This document shows, in pieces, positions 33,737 through 43,488 of a stretch of 64,000 nucleotides of DNA. Position numbers and translations under genes: made by a program. Below the pieces are notes generated by a model. That model had not been told where the DNA came from, searched no databases, and saw nothing but the letters and a program-made list of their open reading frames with translations. Position 1 is the first letter of the stretch, and each line of letters begins with the position of its first letter. This DNA comes from Patescibacteria group bacterium (GTDB lineage Bacteria > Patescibacteriota > Patescibacteriia > 2-12-FULL-57-11), in assembly GCA_004297205.1 (NCBI GenBank), contig SCUL01000002.1, positions 77,156-141,155 of the forward strand, in the 5' to 3' direction.

Positions 33737-34411
33737 TCAAGCTGGATCCTGGAAGTGCTGCTGCCTCTTTCCCATATCGAGCGCCCAGATCTCTTTTTGC
33801 TCGCGGTAAATCACGTACAACAAACCGACGAATGCCGCGCCCAGCGTATACGGCAGGGCGAACACGAGGTTCGTTTTTCCAAAGGCGATCAGCAGCGTAT
33901 TGATCAGGATGAACAGCAGGCGGACTTCGGTCGGACCGATGCCGAGATGCGAGATGCGGAATTTGTTCGTCGCGGCCATCACCAAATAGGCGTTGACCAT
34001 GTAGCCGGCAAAGAGCGCGAACACGAAAAAGAAGACCCACTTGGATTTGTCGGGCAACAGGATCATGTACCCCACCATCAACGCGGCCAGAAAAAAGTAA
34101 TCGAGCAGGTGGTCCATGTAGTAGCCCCAGCGGACGAGTCCGGTCTTGCGCAGGCGGCCGACCGCGCCGTCCAAAGAGTCGGTCAGCCACTGCAGGGCGA
34201 TCATCGCCGACATGCCCCACAGCCAGCGGATGTCGTCCACCGCCAAAAAGCTGAAAAGCACGAGCAGTCCGCAAATCGGGATGGTCGCGAGCGTCAGGTG
34301 GTACGTTTCGACGGGCTTGGGAACTTTCGTCACCGCCCATTCCACAAAACGCCGCTCCAATGGATGCAGCAGCGACGCGCCTACTTTCTTATCTCCGGAA
34401 AAAGTTTCCAT
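33737..34411 (-). CDS. CDP-alcohol phosphatidyltransferase family protein
   Basis: D-G-x2-A-R-x8-G-x3-D-x3-D motif (DSLDGAVGRLRKTGLVRWGYYMDHLLD). 5-6 TM helices. Confidence 0.8.
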   Translation of the reverse strand: METFSGDKKVGASLLHPLERRFVEWAVTKVPKPVETYHLTLATIPICGLLVLFSFLAVDDIRWLWGMSAMIALQWLTDSLDGAVGRLRKTGLVRWGYYMDHLLDYFFLAALMVGYMILLPDKSKWVFFFVFALFAGYMVNAYLVMAATNKFRISHLGIGPTEVRLLFILINTLLIAFGKTNLVFALPYTLGAAFVGLLYVIYREQKEIWALDMGKRQQHFQDPA

Positions 34412-34417
34412 TGGTCG

Positions 34418-34804
34418 TTACGACAACCCCTTCTCCCGGTATTCCTTCTTGATCTGCCAATACATGCTCTCCGTGCCCGGCTCCTCCGTCCGGTTGCGCA
34501 TCAGCTCCGCCGGATACTTCTTGGCCACGTGCGCCAGCTTTTCACGAACGATCTGTTCGGTGTCGAGATTCAGCAGCACGGACATCTCCAATGCGTAGAT
34601 CAGCACGTCAGCAAGCTCTTTTTTGATCTGCTGCACCTTCTCCGGATTCTTGCGCACGTCTTCGAGCGACAGGTTTTCCCACTGGAACAATTCCAACAAC
34701 TCCGCGCCTTCGATCATGATCGACTTGGCGATATCAACCGGACGCAGGGTGTCCCAACGTCGGTCCTTGAGGTGTTGATAAACGTCTTTCTCGAGGTCCT
34801 TCAT
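34418..34804 (-). CDS. MazG-like nucleotide pyrophosphohydrolase (all-alpha NTP-PPase)
   Basis: EExxE-type metal motifs (EGAELLELF; ELADVLIYALE). 128 aa. Confidence 0.75.
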   Translation of the reverse strand: MKDLEKDVYQHLKDRRWDTLRPVDIAKSIMIEGAELLELFQWENLSLEDVRKNPEKVQQIKKELADVLIYALEMSVLLNLDTEQIVREKLAHVAKKYPAELMRNRTEEPGTESMYWQIKKEYREKGLS

Positions 34805-34962
34805 ACGGGATTCAGGGTGCCACCACGGGGTCTTGACAGCAAGCTGGTTCTATGACAGGCGCAGGCCGGGTGATTCAATACACCTGCTCGCGGGAGGGTT
34901 GGCATCCTTCCGGCTCCCATCGGGGCTACCATACCCTCTTTGGGCGACCGAGCGTACCCGCC

Positions 34963-35029
34963 ACCCGTCGGATTCAGACGCTGTGTTCACGCATTGCGTC
35001 TGATGCAGCTCCGACGGGTTCTTTTATTT
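34963..35029 (+). terminator. nested-hairpin rho-independent terminator on the + strand (also abutting the stop of the convergent 35024 gene)
   Basis: Outer stem ACCCGTCGG...CCGACGGGT and inner stem TCAGACGC...GCGTCTGA, followed by TCTTTTATTTCC. There is no + strand CDS upstream. Confidence 0.45.
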
Positions 35030-35605
35030 CCGCAGCTCGCGGTCGAATGCAAGAAAGTCCTTAAGGATTTCCGCGGTGGGTTTCTCCGCATCGAGGACTT
35101 TGGACTTCAAACCGTACCCCGTGGCGCAGCGGTTGAACTCGGCTTCGTACTTTGCGATGTAGTCGTCGAGGATGGCGCGGCGCTCCTCCGGCGTGGCTCC
35201 GTCCGGAAACAGCGCACGGTCGCGCTTGTGCTGGTCGGCTTCGATGCGGCGCAGCACGGTGTCCGTCGAAATACGCAGCAGCAAGATGGCGTCGAATCCG
35301 GCGATGCCGCTTCCGGCGATGGGAAAGACGTCACCGCGGACGATGTTGAGGTAATGGCCGTCGAATACAACGTCACCCGGGCGAGAGGTGATGTTCGTCA
35401 GCATTTCCTGAAACTTCCGGTCCGCATCGTCATTGTGGCTCAGTTTACGCAACGCGTCGTAATCACCGGGGATACCGAGGTAGTCCATGAAGGCGTGCGA
35501 CCCCTTGATGATTTCGAAACCAGGTGCCGCTTCTTTGATCGCATGCAGTAACGTCGTCTTCCCCGCCCCGTTGATGCCGCCGAGGTAGTACTTCATCATT
35601 GTCAT
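35024..35605 (-). CDS. P-loop NTPase / nucleotide-kinase-like protein
   Basis: Walker A GGINGAGKTT and lid-like R-rich segment. 193 aa. ATG overlaps the ppa stop. Confidence 0.6.
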   Translation of the reverse strand: MTMMKYYLGGINGAGKTTLLHAIKEAAPGFEIIKGSHAFMDYLGIPGDYDALRKLSHNDDADRKFQEMLTNITSRPGDVVFDGHYLNIVRGDVFPIAGSGIAGFDAILLLRISTDTVLRRIEADQHKRDRALFPDGATPEERRAILDDYIAKYEAEFNRCATGYGLKSKVLDAEKPTAEILKDFLAFDRELRK

Positions 35606-36060
35606 TCCCGCGGAGGCGGGGATCCAGAAATATCTGTGGACTGCTGCACGAGAGCAACTGCTTCATCCTTGCCGAAGAATTGACCAACCACGAGCTTTTT
35701 CCCTGGCAGGTGATCAAAAACGTGTGCAATGAAATTGCGAAGCTCGGTCTGAACACGCTCGTCAACAATGGGAGATTCTCCAGGAAGCGTTGCGAGTATC
35801 TTTGGATCGTTCTCACCCGTGTCGTCCATCTCGAACATGCCGATCGGTTCGACATCGATTGTCTCCCCGCTCTTGAGCGGCTTCGCCGTCAACACGAAGC
35901 AGTCGAGATTGTCTCCGTCGCCGCTCGTGGTGCCGATCACGAAGCCGTAGGCGTAGGGATAGGCCCGTGAGACCTCGACACTCTTACGGAACTCCAACGT
36001 CTTCTCATTGAAGATGTTCTTAGTCCGCGATCCGCGCTCGTTTTCGATGAAAACCTTCAT
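35602..36060 (-). CDS. ppa: inorganic pyrophosphatase (family I, short)
   Basis: ...YPYAYGFVIGTTSGDGDNLDCFVL... matches the YPxNYGFIPxT...DGDPLDVLV signature. Confidence 0.75.
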   Translation of the reverse strand: MKVFIENERGSRTKNIFNEKTLEFRKSVEVSRAYPYAYGFVIGTTSGDGDNLDCFVLTAKPLKSGETIDVEPIGMFEMDDTGENDPKILATLPGESPIVDERVQTELRNFIAHVFDHLPGKKLVVGQFFGKDEAVALVQQSTDISGSPPPRE

Positions 36061-36061
36061 G
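36032..36061. repeat. direct repeat copy A (covers the ppa start codon): CCGCGCTCGTTTTCGATGAAAACCTTCATG
   Basis: 28/30 identical to copy B at 37267-37296. Confidence 0.6.
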
Positions 36062-36503
36062 AAGGATCCTTCACTGCCGTTCGGGATGACAGGTAGGTGC
36101 GCACTCCTTCAAGAATGCCGCTGGTGAAATACTTCTCCAGATTCGAGGGGTCGACACGTAGCCACGCAGAACCTTCGTGTTCATGACTGAGCATCGGTTC
36201 ACCGCTTTCGTAATCACCGATGAAAAACACGTAGAGGATGGCGTCGCCATTTTTGGTCACATGGCGACCGATTGCCACAGGCGCAGGATGGAGACGATAC
36301 CGCACCTCACCGATCTCTTCCTGCACTTCGCGATTCAAGACGTCATGGAACGGCGCAGCGAGCTCATCGATATGGATGCGCCCGCCCGGAAAATCGTAGA
36401 AACCCGAATACTCACCGGTGTTTCTGGCAAGCAGGCCGAGCACCTCGTCGCCGCGGCGCAAGATGAGTTTCAACGAGACCCAATATTTTGCTTTCTCGGC
36501 CAT
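36057..36503 (-). CDS. Nudix hydrolase
   Basis: Nudix box GGRIHIDELAAPFHDVLNREVQEEIGE. True start ATG 36503 (MAEKAKYW...); the track ORF is 5' extended. Confidence 0.8.
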   Translation of the reverse strand: MAEKAKYWVSLKLILRRGDEVLGLLARNTGEYSGFYDFPGGRIHIDELAAPFHDVLNREVQEEIGEVRYRLHPAPVAIGRHVTKNGDAILYVFFIGDYESGEPMLSHEHEGSAWLRVDPSNLEKYFTSGILEGVRTYLSSRTAVKDPS

Positions 36504-36622
36504 AGATGTCAGGAATACTACCTGGAGGTGCGGGGAATTGCACCCCGGGCAGCCATCCTGGCAAGGAAAGCGCCGCGCCTGCCACCCCCAGGTTCCTTCA
36601 TCGTAGCCCTGAACCGGGACAT

Positions 36623-36651
36623 TGACCGGCCACACACTTTTCTGCTATTGT
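36623..36651 (+). promoter_or_regulatory. sigma70-like promoter (TTGACC-17-TATTGT) driving a short + strand transcript with no ORF
   Basis: -35 at 36623-36628 and -10 at 36646-36651 in an otherwise gene-free 225-nt gap. Confidence 0.35.
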
Positions 36652-36657
36652 CAAGAG

Positions 36658-36720
36658 GTCCTGGCAAGGATTGCACCGTACGCGAGCACAAACCGCCCTA
36701 CATGGGGGCGGTTTGTTTTT
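36658..36720 (+). ncRNA. candidate small RNA of about 60 nt (promoter plus intrinsic terminator, no ORF)
   Basis: The predicted TSS is about 6 nt downstream of the -10. The transcript ggtcctggcaaggattgcaccgtacgcgagcac ends in the AAACCGCCCtacatGGGGGCGGTTT-GTTTTT terminator. It contains motifs (TCCTGGCAAGGA, TTGCACC) that repeat 60-100 nt upstream. Confidence 0.3.
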
Positions 36721-36721
36721 G
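36688..36721 (+). terminator. rho-independent terminator
   Basis: AAACCGCCC-tacat-GGGGGCGGTTT followed by GTTTTTG. Confidence 0.6.
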
Positions 36722-36730
36722 AAGACAGAT

Positions 36731-37243
36731 TTAGGCCTCTATTGCCGTTTTTACACGTTCGACAACCTCGTCAGGTGAAAGGTCTTCCACGTCGATGATA
36801 GTTGCATGCGGTCGTTTTGCCTTCAGCTCATTCATCTCGTTCCAAAAACGTTCGCACTTCTCCGGCGTCAATAGACCATCTTCTCTGTATCCGCGATCAG
36901 CCGCGCGTTTCAAAACAACATCCTTGCTTGCCCAAAGAATGACTTCCGTCACATGCGCGTTCCGCTGCTTGGCGAGCGCGATCATGCGATCAAGTCGCGT
37001 CTCATCGAACATCATTTTTTCCACGATTACATCATGACCGGTCTGCATGTAGGCGTCGATCATCGCCAGCACGAGCAAAAAAGAAAACCGGTTACTTTCA
37101 TCTGCGTGTTCTCTGTATCCACTGATCTGTCTGCGAATGGCATCGATGTCAACAAGAAGCGAAAGCGGCATCGTCTGATGCAGAGCGGATGCCACGGTAC
37201 TCTTTCCTACGCCACAAGGCCCGTTGATGATCACGAGATTCAT
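36731..37243 (-). CDS. P-loop kinase-like protein (chloramphenicol-phosphotransferase / AAA_33-like fold)
   Basis: MNLVIINGPCGVGKSTVASAL Walker A at the extreme N-terminus. 170 aa. Lower GC (about 50%). Confidence 0.65.
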   Translation of the reverse strand: MNLVIINGPCGVGKSTVASALHQTMPLSLLVDIDAIRRQISGYREHADESNRFSFLLVLAMIDAYMQTGHDVIVEKMMFDETRLDRMIALAKQRNAHVTEVILWASKDVVLKRAADRGYREDGLLTPEKCERFWNEMNELKAKRPHATIIDVEDLSPDEVVERVKTAIEA

Positions 37244-37266
37244 ATAGCCCCAGCTTCTATCACGAC

Positions 37267-37296
37267 CCGCGTTCTTTTTCGATGAAAACCTTCATG
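37267..37296. repeat. direct repeat copy B: CCGCGTTCTTTTTCGATGAAAACCTTCATG, encoding a remnant MKVFIEKERGS* mini-ORF (37260..37295, minus)
   Basis: Duplicates the first 11 codons of ppa. Together with copy A it brackets the 1.2-kb Nudix / sRNA / P-loop kinase segment. Confidence 0.6.
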
Positions 37297-37324
37297 TCTT
37301 TCTGGACTCCCACGGGAATGACCG

Positions 37325-37951
37325 TTACCTGTTCGGCAAAGGAATGACTGTCGCACCGTTGCGATAGGCCTTCATGAACCGTTCCACGGGAACGCGGACG
37401 GAGGGTCGAGGAGGCAGTCCAGGGTCGTGGAGCAGAAGTTCGCCGCCATCGACGCCGTACAGGAGGACCGAGTGACCAATGCCTCTTTCCCTTTCATGCA
37501 GCACGCCAGAATCCACGAAGGCGATCACATAATGCGCTGCAAGAATATCTTTCCAATCGCTTGCGGAAGGATTCCGACGCTCCACCAGCTGCGCCTCGAC
37601 CATCCGCTGAGCGTCGCGCATTTCTTTTTCAAAACCCGGACTTGCATGCGCCTCCTGGTCGTCGACCCATGCCACATCACCGTGAAAGTAGCTCAGCAGG
37701 TAGGCACGTCCTTCACGGCAAAAGCGACCGTAATCGAAATCCGTCCAATAGCGCGTGCCGGGAAACAGCGTGTTCAATTCAATGATGCTCCGCGCAGGCC
37801 ACGTGTACAGGTCTTTCTGGAATCCCGTGATTGCGTCGGCCTCCGCCCAGGATATCGGGCGACCGATCGTTTCACCGAACATCCGAATGCAGGCCTGCAA
37901 ACAATGCAGGTCGTCCGACAGATTCCCGATGAAGATTGGTTCACGCGCCAT
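37325..37951 (-). CDS. hypothetical protein, possible papain-like (C39-like) cysteine peptidase fold
   Basis: Cys near the N-terminus (LHCLQAC), later GHSVLLYG and HDP, consistent with a Cys-His-Asp triad order. Weak assignment. Lower GC. Confidence 0.4.
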   Translation of the reverse strand: MAREPIFIGNLSDDLHCLQACIRMFGETIGRPISWAEADAITGFQKDLYTWPARSIIELNTLFPGTRYWTDFDYGRFCREGRAYLLSYFHGDVAWVDDQEAHASPGFEKEMRDAQRMVEAQLVERRNPSASDWKDILAAHYVIAFVDSGVLHERERGIGHSVLLYGVDGGELLLHDPGLPPRPSVRVPVERFMKAYRNGATVIPLPNR

Positions 37952-38006
37952 GGCACGTTTTCAGGTCAATCTGGATTCCCGCCTATTGGTGGGCAGGCAC
38001 TGGCAT

Positions 38007-38381
38007 TCAAAATGACCTTGTTGGGTCATAGTCCTGACCACCGACGACAATATCACCAAAACCCTTCTCTTTCGCCCACTTCACAATGCGTACACGACGC
38101 GGATCGTCCGGCTCTTCAAAGCCGTTTGTGAATGAAATGATTAGACCGCGGTAAGGATCGTACTTGTACCTGATTCCCTGCGACCCATCCCAAACCATCG
38201 GCGTAGCATGGCGCTGGGCGATTTCCGAGGTCATCATTTCGTAAGTCACCAAATCGTCACACACCCGAAATCCTTCTTGACGAAGAAATTCGACAATCGC
38301 CACAAGCCTATCGAAATCGGCGCGCTGCTTCTGCTCGCGTGCATCGATTGCTTCTGGATTCTGTCCAGACCGCTCAGACAT
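38007..38381 (-). CDS. hypothetical protein (124 aa)
   Basis: Start ATG 38381 (MSERSGQ...) lies 1 nt after the secA stop. No family recognised. Confidence 0.45.
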   Translation of the reverse strand: MSERSGQNPEAIDAREQKQRADFDRLVAIVEFLRQEGFRVCDDLVTYEMMTSEIAQRHATPMVWDGSQGIRYKYDPYRGLIISFTNGFEEPDDPRRVRIVKWAKEKGFGDIVVGGQDYDPTRSF

Positions 38382-38382
38382 A

Positions 38383-41181
<2,799 letters not shown>

Positions 41182-41254
41182 ACGGAACGGGGAAATCCTA
41201 CGGGAAAAAGCAAAACAAAACAAGGCCTCCCCCTGTGGCAGCATGGTTCTGAAA

Positions 41255-41578
41255 TCAGGCCAATCCCGTGTGCGTCTCGAGCCGCTCGATGCGTGATTCG
41301 TGCCTCTTCAGCCACTCTGTGGCGGCAAACCATTCCTCGTCAAGAAGCTTGAATTGACCAACGAGAAAATCAAGGGCGTTCATCATTTTCCTCTGATCCT
41401 CCTTGGTGAAGACATTCTCCTCAAGCCATTTCAATCGATCTTCATGGCCGTCAGCCAAATCATACAAACGACCCACCTGCCGACGAATTTCGGAGGTATC
41501 TTTTCGGATTTCACGAACGTCGACCTGAAGTTCGCTCACGTCGGTCCTGATTGTCTTTATCGTCTCCTCCTGATTCAT
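41255..41578 (-). CDS. small coiled-coil protein, paralog A (ends [12 protein letters not shown])
   Basis: 107 aa, [13 protein letters not shown]... Charged heptad pattern. Paralogous to 52400..52630 at both the protein and the nucleotide level. Confidence 0.5.
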   Translation of the reverse strand: MNQEETIKTIRTDVSELQVDVREIRKDTSEIRRQVGRLYDLADGHEDRLKWLEENVFTKEDQRKMMNALDFLVGQFKLLDEEWFAATEWLKRHESRIERLETHTGLA

Positions 41579-41654
41579 ACACAACCATGATACGAACGAA
41601 CGCCGCCTTGCACCAGGCAGCGTCCGTGTCAAGTACCGCCCCCACCTCCCCCGA

Positions 41655-41675
41655 CCCCTCCTTGTCAAGGAGGGG
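41655..41675. repeat. perfect palindrome CCCCTCCTTG-t-CAAGGAGGGG (intergenic)
   Basis: Same family as the palindrome inside uvrC at 63332-63350 (C-run TTG n CAA G-run). Confidence 0.6.
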
Positions 41676-41759
41676 TGAGAATCCTGCTTGCAGATAAAAA
41701 AGGGACCGCGCAGCGTCAGCTGGCGGCCTTTGCCGACGAAACGGCCGATGTGACGCGGA

Positions 41760-42029
41760 TCAGGGCCGATCAGCGGAGAGCGCTCGTGAGACCCATGAAA
41801 AGCTGAGCCGGAGCACGACGATGAGAGGCAGGCAGACGAGCACCGCCGGCCACAGCAGGGCCACCACCCCCACAGCGACCACCCGCGTCGAACCTTCGCA
41901 CTCCCAACCGATCTGTTCGGGTGCGAATTCCTCCCAGAACCACGAGCCGATGGCACCCCCGACCGCCAAGTAAACGATCAACACCAATGGCCCGAAGTAT
42001 GCGAGTACCCCGATGATTGCGTAGTCCAT
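41760..42029 (-). CDS. small membrane protein (89 aa, 2-3 TM)
   Basis: Start MDYAIIGVLAYFG... with a GGAGG RBS. The track ORF is 5' extended. Confidence 0.45.
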   Translation of the reverse strand: MDYAIIGVLAYFGPLVLIVYLAVGGAIGSWFWEEFAPEQIGWECEGSTRVVAVGVVALLWPAVLVCLPLIVVLRLSFSWVSRALSADRP

Positions 42030-42092
42030 TCGATAAACCTCCTCTGATCGGCAGCGTATGCAAATCAATCCGGCGCGTCAAACAGGCATCCC

Positions 42093-42401
42093 TTACCGCG
42101 TCTCCTTGTATTGGATGACCTGCCGCTCCAGCGCGTCCTTCATGGCGTCGATGGCGGCGTACAGGTCTTCGTCCGTGGCTTCGGCGCGCAGCGTCTTGCC
42201 AGGAAGCTCGAGCATCACCTCGGCCCGGAAAATCTGCCCCTTGTTATGGTGGTTCGTCGTCTTCTCCACCTCGATCGAGGCGCGCTTCGGCTCCTGCACG
42301 GAAGACAGGAACTTCTCCATGTGCCGGATTTTCTCCTCGGCGTACTGGGCGATGGCCGGCGTCAGCTCGAAGCCGCCTGCTTTCATCTTAGCGATGTCCA
42401 T
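42093..42401 (-). CDS. hpf: ribosome hibernation promoting factor (RaiA/HPF family, short)
   Basis: ...ELTPAIAQYAEEKIRHMEKFL...AEVMLELPGKTLRAEATDEDLYAAIDAMKDALERQV matches the HPF/YfiA family. Confidence 0.9.
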   Translation of the reverse strand: MDIAKMKAGGFELTPAIAQYAEEKIRHMEKFLSSVQEPKRASIEVEKTTNHHNKGQIFRAEVMLELPGKTLRAEATDEDLYAAIDAMKDALERQVIQYKETR

Positions 42402-42431
42402 AGGCCTACGAAAATACGAATGTGCGCGAAA

Positions 42432-43415
42432 TTACGAATCGAAACCAATCAACTGGACCTCCTCCTCCAATTGTACCCCAAAACGGTTGCGGATCTTGGT
42501 CTTGATGAGCGAGACGAGCTGCATGACCTGATCGGCCGTGGCAGCGCCGCGGTTCAGGCAGAAGTTGCCGTGCTTGTCGGAAACCTCGGCGTCCCCGATC
42601 TTGGTGCCCTTCAGATCGGCTTGGTCGATCAGCCAGCCGGCCGGAATCGACTTGGCCTCCATGAACTCGGACGGAATGTCCGTTTCCTGGCGCAGCTTCC
42701 ACAAATCTTCCTTCCCGTTGAGCGTGACGTTCTTGAACATGCAGCCCGCGGAGCTCGCCCCCTGCGGCTGCTTTTCCTTGCGGGCGCGGATGATCTCATC
42801 AAGGCGCGACTTGCCGACCTTCTTGTCGCCGGGTCCGAGCGTCAACGTCACGTCGAGCACCACCGGCGCCGGATTCATGTGCTTGATGATGCTGTCGCGG
42901 TATTTGAACTTGCACTCGGCCCAGGTCATCAGCCGCTCGGCGTCGCTGCCCGGGTCGTAGATGCGGACCGTTTCCACGCTGTCCTTCATTTCGCCGCCGA
43001 AACAGCCGGCATTGCCGCGCACCGCGCCGCCGATCGTGCCCGGCAGGCCGATGGCCCACTCAAAGCCCGTCAGTCCGGCGTCGACCGTGGCCCGCGCCAA
43101 AAACGCGGAGAGCACGCCGGCATCCGCGGTGACGCGGTTGCCGTCCTGCCGCCAGCCGCGGAAGGCCGTCTGGATGACGAGCCCGCGGAAACCGGCGTCC
43201 GCGATGAGCACGTTGGAACCGCCGCCGATGATCACCCAGGGAATGTTCCGGCTGCGCGCAATGCGGATGGCATCAACCGCGTCCTGCGTCGTTTTCGCTT
43301 CCAGGTACGCGTCCGCAGGTCCGCCGATGCGGAAGTTCACGTGTTTGGCGAGCGGTTCGTCTTTCTTGAGCCGGTCGCCGAAGCGTTCGGCCAGTTCGGC
43401 GCGGGAGTCAGCCAT
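42432..43415 (-). CDS. murB: UDP-N-acetylenolpyruvoylglucosamine reductase
   Basis: FAD-binding ...FRIGGPADAYLEA...WVIIGGGSNVL..., then the MurB C-terminal domain. Start ATG 43415. Confidence 0.9.
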   Translation of the reverse strand: MADSRAELAERFGDRLKKDEPLAKHVNFRIGGPADAYLEAKTTQDAVDAIRIARSRNIPWVIIGGGSNVLIADAGFRGLVIQTAFRGWRQDGNRVTADAGVLSAFLARATVDAGLTGFEWAIGLPGTIGGAVRGNAGCFGGEMKDSVETVRIYDPGSDAERLMTWAECKFKYRDSIIKHMNPAPVVLDVTLTLGPGDKKVGKSRLDEIIRARKEKQPQGASSAGCMFKNVTLNGKEDLWKLRQETDIPSEFMEAKSIPAGWLIDQADLKGTKIGDAEVSDKHGNFCLNRGAATADQVMQLVSLIKTKIRNRFGVQLEEEVQLIGFDS

Positions 43416-43488
43416 ACGATCAGTCGTCAAAAGCGCCGCAATCCTACCACATCGGGCCGCCGCGGGCGAGGGCGGCACGCCGTCCGGT

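Noticed and set aside
34880-34960. Possible SRP (4.5S) RNA, suggested by a GCCGGAAGGAUGCC-like string on the minus strand
   Set aside because: It resembles the GGAA tetraloop region of SRP domain IV only superficially. The flanking AGCAGC/symmetric-loop nucleotides and the 5'/3' closing helix are absent. It is kept only as an unspecified sRNA candidate.
34852-35064. 70-aa + strand ORF in the mazG/P-loop intergenic gap
   Set aside because: It runs straight through the strong nested-hairpin terminator and has no RBS. The region is better explained as non-coding or an sRNA.
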